Assembly: GCA_964508345.1 (NCBI GenBank)
Contig: CAZDTK010000001.1
Coordinates: 236,012-300,011, forward strand
Source of the DNA: an uncultured Actinomycetes bacterium
GTDB taxonomy: Bacteria > Chloroflexota > Dormibacteria > Aeolococcales > Aeolococcaceae
Direction of reading: 5' to 3'
Length of the DNA stretch: 64,000 nucleotides
The stretch's first letter is position 1. Every line of letters begins with the position of its first letter. The notes beneath the pieces were generated by a model. That model saw only the letters and a program-made list of their open reading frames with translations. It ran no database searches and was not told where the DNA came from. Below, one piece after another: positions 28,807 through 37,696 of this stretch. Made by a program: the position numbers and the translations under genes.

Positions 28807-29558
28807 TGGCCGGACCGCCTGTCTTGCATTGCGTGGATTAGGATGCCCGCGATAAGGGTAATGACGGTGAGAGAGACAGTCCAAGAAATGAGGACCGGGC
28901 GAGAGAAACCGCGTGTGGCAGCCAGGTAGACCCACCATCCCTTGGCGAAGAGAAGCGCAGCCACGGCGCCGAACACTATCAAGATCCAGTGGCCTGCGGC
29001 TGCGAGTTGGACAGTTGAGGGCGCAGCATGTGGACGGGTTGTCGTTCTCCGGCGGGTGTGGATTCCTCGTTGCCAGGCCATCGGCGCGCCGTCCGAATCG
29101 GCGAGCACCGAGGCGTACTGGAGGACGGCCACGGAGAGGGCCAGAGAGACCGCCACCGCGATCACCGGTTGTTGACTAGCAGTCATCGCTGCACCGACCT
29201 CCACTGCGACGATTAGTAGGGGCGCCAGCACTTCAAGGAGCCCTCTGAGCGCTTGCTCGTAGTATTCGACCATCAGGAGCAGCGCCCCGAGGAAGCCGGC
29301 TCCGACGCTGGCGATCTGCCAACTGGTCCCCCACGTCGGTGGGGTCCCAAGGCCTAGCACACGGCGTGGCACTGGGAGGACGTAACTCTCCACGGCGATG
29401 GTGATCGAGAGCATGGCGAGCAGCACCATAAACTCGCGGAGCCGCCGTCGGCGTCTGGCCGCGATCTCTGTCTGCTCCAGCCGTTCCAGGGAAGTCCCGA
29501 GCCGGACTCGGAGCACGACGGGATTGGTTCGGCGGCTCTTGTCGGGCTCCTGGCTCAT
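28803..29558 (-). CDS. multi-pass membrane protein, unknown function
   Basis: 251 aa with 5-6 hydrophobic helices; tail-to-tail overlap with the preceding ORF; lies at the distal edge of the island. Confidence 0.5.
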   Translation of the reverse strand: MSQEPDKSRRTNPVVLRVRLGTSLERLEQTEIAARRRRRLREFMVLLAMLSITIAVESYVLPVPRRVLGLGTPPTWGTSWQIASVGAGFLGALLLMVEYYEQALRGLLEVLAPLLIVAVEVGAAMTASQQPVIAVAVSLALSVAVLQYASVLADSDGAPMAWQRGIHTRRRTTTRPHAAPSTVQLAAAGHWILIVFGAVAALLFAKGWWVYLAATRGFSRPVLISWTVSLTVITLIAGILIHAMQDRRSGH

Positions 29559-29913
29559 GTCACCACAGGAGCAGAAATCGGGCTGCCTCGGCAGCGGCTC
29601 GGCCGGTCTGGCTGCTTAGGCGCGCTTCCGTGCCATGTGTAGTTGGAAGGCGAGAATCCCATCGTCACGACCAGTACGTTAGGCCTTCCGCACCGGTGCT
29701 TCGACCCCGCTACACAGTCGTAACGCACGCCAGTCCGACCGGGACAAGCCAGAGTGAGGCAGCGACCGCGTCCACCTCGCGGACTGGCGGCTGATTAGCG
29801 GCAGCGCGAGACAGTCCCGCTGCGCGCCCACTACTGCCGGATTCCGCCAGCCGGCGGCGTCGGGCGCCGCTGCCGACGGAGGTGCCCGCAGCCGACGAAG
29901 CGGCGATGCGCTT

Positions 29914-30606
29914 CTACCCGCCGCGCACTCCAACGAACCCGAGCATTCCCTCATCCAGGTCCGTCAGCGACCCCAGCACCACGTCCGCCTCCGCATACCG
30001 TGGGTCCCCCGCCACCAGCGGGTCGGGCACCGCGATGCAGCGCATCCCCGCCGCCTTGGCCGAGGCCACCCCGCTCGGCGAGTCCTCGATCGCCAGGCAG
30101 CGCTCGGGCGGCACCCCCAGGCGCCGGGCGGCGGTGAGGTAGACGTCCGGGGCGGGCTTGCTCCGCACCTCCTCCATCGCCGAGCAGCGCACCTCGATCG
30201 ACTCCAGGCCGAGACGCTCGCAGACCACCTCGATCATCCGCGGCGGTGACCCGGAGGCGATGGCGACGGGCAGCCCCAGCCGCCGGAACAGCGCGAGCGC
30301 CTCGGCCACCCCGGGCATGGCCACCCCGGTGGCCCGCACCTCGGCCGCCACCAGGTCGATGATCCGCTCCGCGACCTCTGCGTCGCTCGGCCGGCGCACC
30401 CCGTCGGGCGTGGCCGGCTCGCGCTGCCGCCACACCGGGATCACGGAATCGATGGTCTGCCCTATCGAGCCGAGGCACTCCTCCTCGGTCAGCTCGACCC
30501 CCAGCTCGCGGAAGACCCGCTCCTCCGCCACCCGCCACACCGGCTCGGTGTCGATGAGCAGGCCGTCCATGTCGAGGATGACCGCCTCGATCGGGGGCCG
30601 ACTCAA
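29914..30606 (-). CDS. HAD-superfamily hydrolase (beta-phosphoglucomutase/sugar-phosphatase-like)
   Basis: Motif I ILDMDGLLIDTE; motif III/IV KPAPDVYL ... AIEDSPSGVASAKAAGM. Confidence 0.75.
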   Translation of the reverse strand: MSRPPIEAVILDMDGLLIDTEPVWRVAEERVFRELGVELTEEECLGSIGQTIDSVIPVWRQREPATPDGVRRPSDAEVAERIIDLVAAEVRATGVAMPGVAEALALFRRLGLPVAIASGSPPRMIEVVCERLGLESIEVRCSAMEEVRSKPAPDVYLTAARRLGVPPERCLAIEDSPSGVASAKAAGMRCIAVPDPLVAGDPRYAEADVVLGSLTDLDEGMLGFVGVRGG

Positions 30607-31412
30607 AGGGCGCGGATCTTGTGCGCCTTCTCCACCAGCTTCTCGGCCCGGGCCGGGTCCACCGGGTTCCAGGTGATCCCGTCCACCTTGAGGCTGGTGC
30701 CCACGATCACCCCGTCGGCGATCGAGAGGATCTCGGTGAGCCGGTCGGCCTGGACCCCGGTGTTGGCGAAGACGGGCGTCTGCGGGACCGCCTCCTTGGC
30801 CTGGCGCAGGTCGCTCATGGCGAAGGGGACCCCCGCCTCCGGGCCGCTGATGAGGATGGCGTCGACGCCCAGGAAGGCGGCGCTCTTGGCCCTCTCGGCG
30901 ACGGTGCGGGTGCCGATCGTGCTGCTGAACTCCGGGGTGATGTTGTCGAAGAGGGCGACGTCCCCCGCGCCGATGTTCTCCCGGTAGGCGGCGAGGTCGC
31001 CCAGCGCCGGGGCGAAGAGGCCCATGTCGCTCTCGTATACGCCGGTGAAGACCTCGCGGACAAAGGTCGCCCCCGTCGCCCGGGCCAGGGCCAGGCTCGC
31101 CCGCGCGTCCCAGAGGATGTTGACCCCGAAGGGGACCCGGATCGAGGAGCGCAGCTCGCCGATCACGGCCGCCATCGCCGCCGGGATCTCCGGACCGACC
31201 GCGAGCTGGTAGGGGATGTCGGCCTCGTTGCAGAAGAGCACCGCGTCGACGCCCGCCTCCTGGAGCACCAGGAGGTCCTTGCCGACCACGTCGACGAGGT
31301 GCTGGCGCCCCGCCTCTCGATCATGCCGCGGCCGGCCCGGCAGTCCGGGGAAGTGCAGCATCGCGATCACCGGCTTGGAGACACCGAACCTCTGCTCGAG
31401 CGACATGGTCAT
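30603..31412 (-). CDS. BtpA/SgcQ-family TIM-barrel protein (paralog A)
   Basis: 269 aa; VIAMLHFPGLPG ... LFCNEADIPYQ ... ISGPEAG pattern of the BtpA (PF03437) family; 4-nt overlap with the HAD gene. Confidence 0.8.
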   Translation of the reverse strand: MTMSLEQRFGVSKPVIAMLHFPGLPGRPRHDREAGRQHLVDVVGKDLLVLQEAGVDAVLFCNEADIPYQLAVGPEIPAAMAAVIGELRSSIRVPFGVNILWDARASLALARATGATFVREVFTGVYESDMGLFAPALGDLAAYRENIGAGDVALFDNITPEFSSTIGTRTVAERAKSAAFLGVDAILISGPEAGVPFAMSDLRQAKEAVPQTPVFANTGVQADRLTEILSIADGVIVGTSLKVDGITWNPVDPARAEKLVEKAHKIRAL

Positions 31413-31430
31413 GACGGACTCCTTCCTGAA

Positions 31431-32240
31431 TCAGAGTGCGCTGTGCGCTCTCACGAACTCGATGACCGCCCGGTTCCACGGCCCGGGATCCTCCCAGAAG
31501 GCGGCGTGCCCTCCCGGCACGCTGCTCCAGGTGGCGTGGGGCAACGCCTCGCAGAGGCGGCGGGAGAGCTCCTCCCGGATGATGATGTCGTCGCTCGCGG
31601 CCATCACCAACGCCGGCACGGTGATCGCCGCCACCCGGCCGATGGCGTCGTGGTCGACGAGCGCGGCCGTCTGGGCGGCGAAGGTGGCGGCGGGCTGGGT
31701 GCTCTTCTGCGCCTCGGCGATCAGCTCCTCGACCCGCTGCGGATGGGCGGCGTAGAAGGCGGGGCTGTAGATCCAGGGCGCCTGCAGCCGCACCATCATC
31801 GCCATCCCCGCCGCCTCCGCGACCTCCGCCCAGCCGAGGAACGCGGCGCGGGTGAAGGGATCCGGTGTCGCGTAGGTGTTGGCGAGCACCAGGGAGCGCA
31901 GGTCGCCGGGGTGGGCGATCGCGTACTCCTGGGCGATCACGCCGCCCATGGAGACGCCGGCGAGGTGGAACGGCGCCAGCCCCAGCTCACGGGCGATGGC
32001 GTGCAGGTCCTCCGCCATCTCGGCGCTGGTGTACGGACCGGGGGGCTGGCTGGAGAGCCCCACCCCGCGGTTGTCGAAGCTCACCACGCGCAGGCCACTG
32101 GAGACGAAGGCATCGACCTGGTTGGCCCATGCCTCCAGGTCGTCGCCCACCCCGTTGACCAGGACCAGCGTCTCGGTGCCGTCGCCATGGATCCGGTAGT
32201 GGAGGTGCAGCGCGCCGGTGTGGATGGAGCCCTCGATCAT
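31431..32240 (-). CDS. alpha/beta-fold hydrolase
   Basis: ATG at complement 32238-32240; nucleophile elbow GVSMGG, HGDG...LVLVNG; ATGA overlap with the upstream gene. Confidence 0.75.
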   Translation of the reverse strand: MIEGSIHTGALHLHYRIHGDGTETLVLVNGVGDDLEAWANQVDAFVSSGLRVVSFDNRGVGLSSQPPGPYTSAEMAEDLHAIARELGLAPFHLAGVSMGGVIAQEYAIAHPGDLRSLVLANTYATPDPFTRAAFLGWAEVAEAAGMAMMVRLQAPWIYSPAFYAAHPQRVEELIAEAQKSTQPAATFAAQTAALVDHDAIGRVAAITVPALVMAASDDIIIREELSRRLCEALPHATWSSVPGGHAAFWEDPGPWNRAVIEFVRAHSAL

Positions 32241-33151
32241 CCGAGACCTCGCTCCTGCATCGCATCCTTCCACAGCTCGACGGACTCCAGCAGCCCGTCG
32301 AGCACCGCCCCGTCGTCGTCCTCCCAGCCGGGGATGATCTCGAGGATGAGCAGCAGGTCGCCGGCGCCCGCCTCCGCCAGGGTGTCGAGCACCCGCCCGG
32401 GGTCGATGCGCCCCTGGGCGTTGCGCTCGGGGGTGAAGGGCCAGTGGTGGTCCCCCAGCGCGTCGGACTGCTGGAGCTGGACCTCGACGAGCCCGCGGCC
32501 GAAGTGGCGCAGCCACGCGTACGGGTCGCGCTCGTCGCCGCTCGTCCCCGGCACGCACTGGTGGCCGACGTCGAGGCAGAGCCGGACCGGCACGTGGGCC
32601 AGGTCCCCCTCGCTGAGCAGCCCCTCGACCACGTCCATCGTGGACGGCTCCCGCACCGCCACCAGGTTCTCGATGAGCAGGTGGTCGAGGCCCGCGTCGC
32701 GGGCGTGGCCGGCCAGCTCGATGAGGTCCCTTCTCAGGTCGGACCAGCGCTCCAAGCGGAGGGTCGGGTCCGACCAGTCGGGGACGCTCATGGTGCCGAC
32801 GTGCCCGCCGGTGGCGGTGGCCCCCAGCTCCGCGGTCACGTCCACCACGCTCCGGAACCAGCGCAGCGCGGCCCGGCGCCGCTCGGGGTCGGGGTGCATG
32901 AGCAGGTTGGTGCCGTACGCGGCCAGCCCGGTGAAGGTCGTCTCGGCGCGCAGGCCGTGATGGCTGAGGGCCGCCCGGGTCAGCTCCACCGAGCGATGGC
33001 GCTCCACCGGGTCGTCGAATCCCTCGACGAGGTCCAGGGACAATTCGACGAGCAGCAGCCCGAGATCGTCCCTCACCACCCGCGCCCAGTCCTCGGGCCG
33101 GGGCCAGCGCTTGAGGGCAAAGCAGTTGTTGATGCCGAGCCGCGCACGCAT
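32237..33151 (-). CDS. sugar-phosphate isomerase/epimerase (xylose-isomerase-like TIM barrel)
   Basis: ATG at complement 33149-33151 with a GGAGAGG RBS; MRARLGINNCFALKRW..., metal-binding pattern typical of AP-endonuclease-2/xylose-isomerase-like TIM barrels. Confidence 0.75.
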   Translation of the reverse strand: MRARLGINNCFALKRWPRPEDWARVVRDDLGLLLVELSLDLVEGFDDPVERHRSVELTRAALSHHGLRAETTFTGLAAYGTNLLMHPDPERRRAALRWFRSVVDVTAELGATATGGHVGTMSVPDWSDPTLRLERWSDLRRDLIELAGHARDAGLDHLLIENLVAVREPSTMDVVEGLLSEGDLAHVPVRLCLDVGHQCVPGTSGDERDPYAWLRHFGRGLVEVQLQQSDALGDHHWPFTPERNAQGRIDPGRVLDTLAEAGAGDLLLILEIIPGWEDDDGAVLDGLLESVELWKDAMQERGLG

Positions 33152-33152
33152 C

Positions 33153-34697
33153 TCAGACCTCTCCTGTGGGTTCGACGCGCACCACCGGCGAAGCGAGGAG
33201 CGTGCGGTAGCGGGCGTAGATCTGCTGGTATCGCTCGCGGTTCTCTCGGATGGGCTCCATCCGCACACCGGGGCGGTAGCCGGCCGCGGTCGCCTCGGCG
33301 GCGTCGCGGTAGACACCGGTGCCGATCCCGGCCAGCAGCGCCGCGCCGGCGGCGGTGGCGTCGCCAAGCACGCGCACCACGGGGATGCCGAGGACGTCGG
33401 CCTTGATCTGGTTCCACGCGTCGAGCAGCGCCCCGCCGCCGGAGACGCGCAGCTCGGTGGACGGCGACGAGGCGCGCTCCAGGGTCTCAACGCGGGCCCT
33501 GATCCCGAAGGCGAGCCCCTCCATCACCGCGCGGGCCCAGGCGGGCTGCTCGTGGCGCAGCGAGAGCCCGGTCACCGCGCCGCGCAGCGCCGGGTCGTCG
33601 CGCTCCCCGTCGCCCAGCACCGGCGCGAAGAGGAGGCCGTGGGCACCCGCCGGCTCGGCGGCGGCGTCCCGGTCCATGCGGACGTAGTCGGCGGCGCGCG
33701 GCCGCCGGTCGGGCCCGGCGTAGAGGAGCTGGGCGACCCAGTCGAGCGCCTCCCCGGTGGTGTTGATCCCCACCTCGGTCATGTAGCCGTGGTCGGCGAC
33801 CGCGCTCGGGTAGTGGGTGACCTCGGGGTCCTCGAGCGGCTCGGCGACCACCGAGTTGAGGCAGGTGGAGCTGCCCGCCATCTCGCTGAGCGGCCCCGGC
33901 GCGGTGACCCCCGCGCCCACCGCGCAGGCGATGCTGTCCCCCGCGCCGGCGACGACGGGGACCTCGCCGGCGAGCCCCAGGCGGCGCGTCAGCGCGGGAC
34001 GCAGATGACCGACCACACCCCAGGAGGGATGGATCGGGGGCAGGAGCGAGGCGTCGAGGTCGAGGTCGGCGAGCAGGCCGGTGGCCCAGCGCCGCCCCCT
34101 CTGGTCGAGCAGCGCGGTCGCCGCCGCCATGGTCCAGTCGGTCGCCGTCTCCCCGGTGAGCGCCAGGATCACGCAGTCGCTCGGCTGCAGGAAGTGGCGC
34201 GTCCGGCGGAAGACCTCCGGCTCGTGGGCCCGGATCCACAGCACCTTGGCGGCGACGTGGAAGGCGGCGGGCACGTGGCCGGTGAGGGCGTGCAGCGCGG
34301 ACGTCCCCACCCGCTCGCAGATCCAGGCGGCCTCCGCGGTCGCCCGATTGTCCCTGTAGATGATCCCGGGACGCAGGGGGAGGTCGTGACCGTCCATCGG
34401 CACGACGCTGGGGCACTGGCCGGTCAGGCCGATGGCCAGGACGCGGCAGCCGGGGCCCAGCTCGCGCACCAGGCCGCAGAGCGCGGAGACCGATGCGGTC
34501 TGCCAGCGGCGGGCGTCCTGCTCGGCCCATCCCTCGGCGGGCAGGTCGGTCGGGTAGGCGCGGCGCACCTCGCCGAGCGGAGCCCCGGCGACGTCGAAGG
34601 CGGAGGCCCGGGCCCCGGACGTCCCGACGTCGACGGCGACCAGCACCTCACGGCCCGGCGTGGCCGCGCCGGTCGTCTGCGCGCGGGGGATGGGCAT
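33153..34697 (-). CDS. FGGY-family carbohydrate kinase (xylulokinase-like)
   Basis: VAVDVGTSGARA N-terminal motif and GGGA near the C-terminus; 514 aa. Confidence 0.85.
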   Translation of the reverse strand: MPIPRAQTTGAATPGREVLVAVDVGTSGARASAFDVAGAPLGEVRRAYPTDLPAEGWAEQDARRWQTASVSALCGLVRELGPGCRVLAIGLTGQCPSVVPMDGHDLPLRPGIIYRDNRATAEAAWICERVGTSALHALTGHVPAAFHVAAKVLWIRAHEPEVFRRTRHFLQPSDCVILALTGETATDWTMAAATALLDQRGRRWATGLLADLDLDASLLPPIHPSWGVVGHLRPALTRRLGLAGEVPVVAGAGDSIACAVGAGVTAPGPLSEMAGSSTCLNSVVAEPLEDPEVTHYPSAVADHGYMTEVGINTTGEALDWVAQLLYAGPDRRPRAADYVRMDRDAAAEPAGAHGLLFAPVLGDGERDDPALRGAVTGLSLRHEQPAWARAVMEGLAFGIRARVETLERASSPSTELRVSGGGALLDAWNQIKADVLGIPVVRVLGDATAAGAALLAGIGTGVYRDAAEATAAGYRPGVRMEPIRENRERYQQIYARYRTLLASPVVRVEPTGEV

Positions 34698-34711
34698 GGC
34701 GCGCGGCTCGC

Positions 34712-35668
34712 CTATCCGCGGACCAGCTGCGCGCTCGCCTTGTCGCGGTCAAGGGTGATCAGCGCACCCAGGAGCGCGCCGGTCGTGTAGTCGCTGCCCG
34801 GGTTGAGGATCACGGTCTTGCGATCCCCCAGCTTGCGGATGCCGGAGGCCTCGTGGATGTGCCCGTGCAGGCCGAGCAGCGGCCTGCGCTCCAGCTCGAT
34901 GTCGCGCACCGCGGTGCTCCCCACCGCCTTCATGTTCACCTGGCCCATGGTCGCCTGCACCTGCAGGTTGGCGTCCAGCTCGGGCGCCTCGTCGAGCTGG
35001 GTGTCGAAGGGCGGCGCATGCAGGTTGAAGACGGCCCGCTCCGGGTTCTGCAGCTGGTCGGCCATCGACTTGTAGACGGAGGCGAGCTGCTGCTCGTCCT
35101 GCTCGCGGAAGGTGTGCCAAGGGGTGGTGTTGGCGTAACCCCAGCTGATCATCTCGTGCTGGTCGTCGATCCAGACCACCTTGCCCTCGGCGTGGACGCC
35201 CCACGGCGCCGTGTCGACCAGCTCGCCCAGCTCCACCGGGTCGTCGTTGCCCAGCATCATGTAGAGGGGGAGCTCGAGGGGGCGGAGCCGCTGGTCGGCG
35301 AGGTTGAGCCAGTCGGTGAGCCGCTCCTTCATGAGCCGCAGGAAGAGCGCGTCCAGCGTGCCCGCCTTCTCCATCGCCTCCAGCTCGCCGGGCTCGGCGC
35401 GGTACGGGTAGTAGCCGTGGTCGCTGATGAGCCGCTCCAGCTCCTCCAGCTCGGGGCCCTCCTGCACCCTGTAGGGGGTGCCGACGAAGTTGCACTCCCA
35501 GATGCCGCCCGGGCCCTTGACGATGGATTGGATCGCCTTGCCGGCGAGGTCGCCACCCAGGATCATGACGCTGGGCTCGTACACCTTCGCCGCGTTGATG
35601 AACTTGCGGAAGCAGAGGCTGGAGCCGTGCAGGTCGCTGACGAAGTAGATGAGCGTCTTCCTGGCCAT
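34712..35668 (-). CDS. calcineurin-like metallophosphoesterase
   Basis: IYFVSDLHGS ... GGDLAGK ... GNDD ... GHIH metallophosphatase motifs. Confidence 0.75.
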   Translation of the reverse strand: MARKTLIYFVSDLHGSSLCFRKFINAAKVYEPSVMILGGDLAGKAIQSIVKGPGGIWECNFVGTPYRVQEGPELEELERLISDHGYYPYRAEPGELEAMEKAGTLDALFLRLMKERLTDWLNLADQRLRPLELPLYMMLGNDDPVELGELVDTAPWGVHAEGKVVWIDDQHEMISWGYANTTPWHTFREQDEQQLASVYKSMADQLQNPERAVFNLHAPPFDTQLDEAPELDANLQVQATMGQVNMKAVGSTAVRDIELERRPLLGLHGHIHEASGIRKLGDRKTVILNPGSDYTTGALLGALITLDRDKASAQLVRG

Positions 35669-35738
35669 CAGCGCGCTCCGTGGACGAGCTTGCTGTCCGT
35701 CGGCGGCGCGGTCCGGGTCGGACCCGTCGCGATGCCCA

Positions 35739-36560
35739 TCAGCGCGCTCCGGCGGGCTCGCGGACCCTGCCCACCGCCTCCATGAACCTGCCCGCGCGCT
35801 CCGGATCCACCTCGTTCCAGGTGATGCCGTCGCGCTTCAGGTGGGTGCCGACGATGGCGCCGTCGGCGACGGCGAGGATCCCCGCCACCGTCTCCGCAGT
35901 CACCCCGGTGTTGGCGAGGACGGGGACCTGGGGCACCGCATGCTTGGCGGCGCGCAGATCCTCGATGTCGGTTTCGGTCCCCGTGATCTGCCCGCTGATG
36001 AGGAGCGCGTCGATCCCCAGATAGACGGCGCTCCGGGCCCGCTGCGCGACGGTGCGGTGGCCCAGCGGACTGGCGAACTCCGGGGTGATGTTGCTGAAGA
36101 CGGCCACCCCGGCGGCGCCGATGTGGGCGCGGTGGTCGCCGACCGCGCCCATGTCAGGCCGCATCAGGCCGAGGTCACTCTCGTAGACGCCGGTCGCCAC
36201 CTCGCGGATGAAGGACGCCCCCGTCGCCCGGGCGACCGCCAGGCTTGCGATCGGGTCCCAGACCAGGTCGACCCCGAAGGGCAGCCGCAGCACGCTGCGC
36301 AGCTCGCCGATCGTCGCCGCCATCGCCGCCACCGCCTCGGGACCGACCCGCAGCTGGTAGGGGAGGTCGGCCTCATTGCAGAAGAGGAGGCCGTCGACGC
36401 CGGCGGCCTGGAGGGTCTCCACGTCACGGGCGACGGCCTCGGCGATGGGAGGCATCCCCGCCACCCGGTCGTGGCCGGGGCGGCCCGGCAGGGCGGCGAG
36501 GTGGACCATCGCCACGATCGGCCTGTCGACCCCGAAGAGGTCGCGCAGCAGTGGGCTCAT
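35739..36560 (-). CDS. BtpA/SgcQ-family TIM-barrel protein (paralog B)
   Basis: 273 aa, ~50% identical by eye to paralog A (IVAMVHLAALPGRPGHD ... LFCNEADLPYQ ... LISGQITG). Confidence 0.8.
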   Translation of the reverse strand: MSPLLRDLFGVDRPIVAMVHLAALPGRPGHDRVAGMPPIAEAVARDVETLQAAGVDGLLFCNEADLPYQLRVGPEAVAAMAATIGELRSVLRLPFGVDLVWDPIASLAVARATGASFIREVATGVYESDLGLMRPDMGAVGDHRAHIGAAGVAVFSNITPEFASPLGHRTVAQRARSAVYLGIDALLISGQITGTETDIEDLRAAKHAVPQVPVLANTGVTAETVAGILAVADGAIVGTHLKRDGITWNEVDPERAGRFMEAVGRVREPAGAR

Positions 36561-36632
36561 GCCGGCTCCTCGGAGCCCCGTGCAGCCGCGGCGCCCATCC
36601 CGGCCCCAGACGTCATCCCAGCTCCTCAGAGC

Positions 36633-37469
36633 TCATTCGAGCTCGTGTGCCGAAGAGCCGTTCTCTCCGGCGGTGTCGGTTGCCACCGCGTGGGCCTCGG
36701 GCACCACCGTGACGATCTCGACCCCCGCCCGCTCGATCCGCTCCACCTCGTTGGCATCGGCGCTGGGGTCGGTGACGATCACCGCGACCCGCTCGATGGG
36801 GGAGACCGTGCTCATGGCCACGTCGCCGAACTTGGACCCGTCGGCGACCACCATGATCCGCTCGGTGTGCTCCAGGGCGGCCCGGATGACCTCGGCCTCG
36901 CGGTCGTCCAGGTCGGTGATGCCGCGATGGGCGGTCACCCCCGCGGCCCCGATCACGGCGATGTCGGTGTTGTACCGCTGCACGCCCTCGACCGCCGAGG
37001 CGCCGACGCAGCTCAGCTCGTCCTGGCGGACCAGGCCGCCGGCGATGATCACCCGCACCCGGCGCGTGCCCAGCATGCTGGCCACCGCCAGCGAGGGGGT
37101 GACCACGACCAGGTCCTCGGCGGGGGGCATGGCCCGGGCGAACTGCTCCACGGTCGAGCCCACCCCCACGAACATCACCCGGACCCCGGCGGTGAGCTGG
37201 GCGGCCCGGCGGGCGATCTGCACCTTGGCCTGGGCGTGGTGGAGCATCCGGGCGTTCTGGCCGACCTCGAAGGCCCCCACCGCGCGCACCACCCGGGTGG
37301 TGGCGCCGCCATAGGTCCGGCGGACGAAGCCGTCGCGCTCCAGCCGGCCGAGGTCGCGGCGGATGGTCATCTCGGAGACCTGGAAGTCACGGGCGAGGCT
37401 GCTCACCTCGACCGCCTGGTCCGCCGCCACCCGCTCCAGCAGCTTCAGGCGCCGCTCGACCGCCAGCAC
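36633..37469 (-). CDS. DeoR/GlpR-family transcriptional regulator
   Basis: N-terminal HTH (RLKLLERVAADQAVEVSSLARDFQVSEMTIRRDL) plus a C-terminal sugar-phosphate-binding DeoRC domain. Confidence 0.85.
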   Translation of the reverse strand: MLAVERRLKLLERVAADQAVEVSSLARDFQVSEMTIRRDLGRLERDGFVRRTYGGATTRVVRAVGAFEVGQNARMLHHAQAKVQIARRAAQLTAGVRVMFVGVGSTVEQFARAMPPAEDLVVVTPSLAVASMLGTRRVRVIIAGGLVRQDELSCVGASAVEGVQRYNTDIAVIGAAGVTAHRGITDLDDREAEVIRAALEHTERIMVVADGSKFGDVAMSTVSPIERVAVIVTDPSADANEVERIERAGVEIVTVVPEAHAVATDTAGENGSSAHELE

Positions 37470-37696
37470 CCGTTCCTCCTCAACCTGCCATTCTCCGACG
37501 TGTCCGATTCTGAGCGCCTTTCCGTGTCTGTGCCGAGCCGATGTTCGGTCCTGTCCGTCGGGATGTCCCGGAGCGGCCCTTCGATGTGAGGTGATGTTCT
37601 CACACTTGACATTCGTGTTCGGTTGTGTTCGACTTTAGCCCGCCCCAGCGCAGCTGTCAAGCGGGGGAGTTGCGGCACGGTTGATGGAGGGATGCC

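Larger units (their letters stand above)
22151..29700. mobile_element. putative genomic island in low-GC DNA 3' of tRNA-Arg, carrying a restriction-modification module and an atypical two-component pair; no integrase seen
   Basis: GC drops from ~70% to ~47-58% between about 22.86 and 28.8 kb (hand counts on 60-nt lines); immediately 3' of a tRNA gene; contents are defence/R-M genes; boundaries approximate, no clear att repeat found. Confidence 0.5.

Noticed and set aside
30621-37589. Long plus-strand ORFs 30621..32960, 33111..34790 and 35649..37589
   Set aside because: All are antisense to the minus-strand sugar cluster genes. Their D/G/R/H-rich translations are typical of spurious GC-rich frames.
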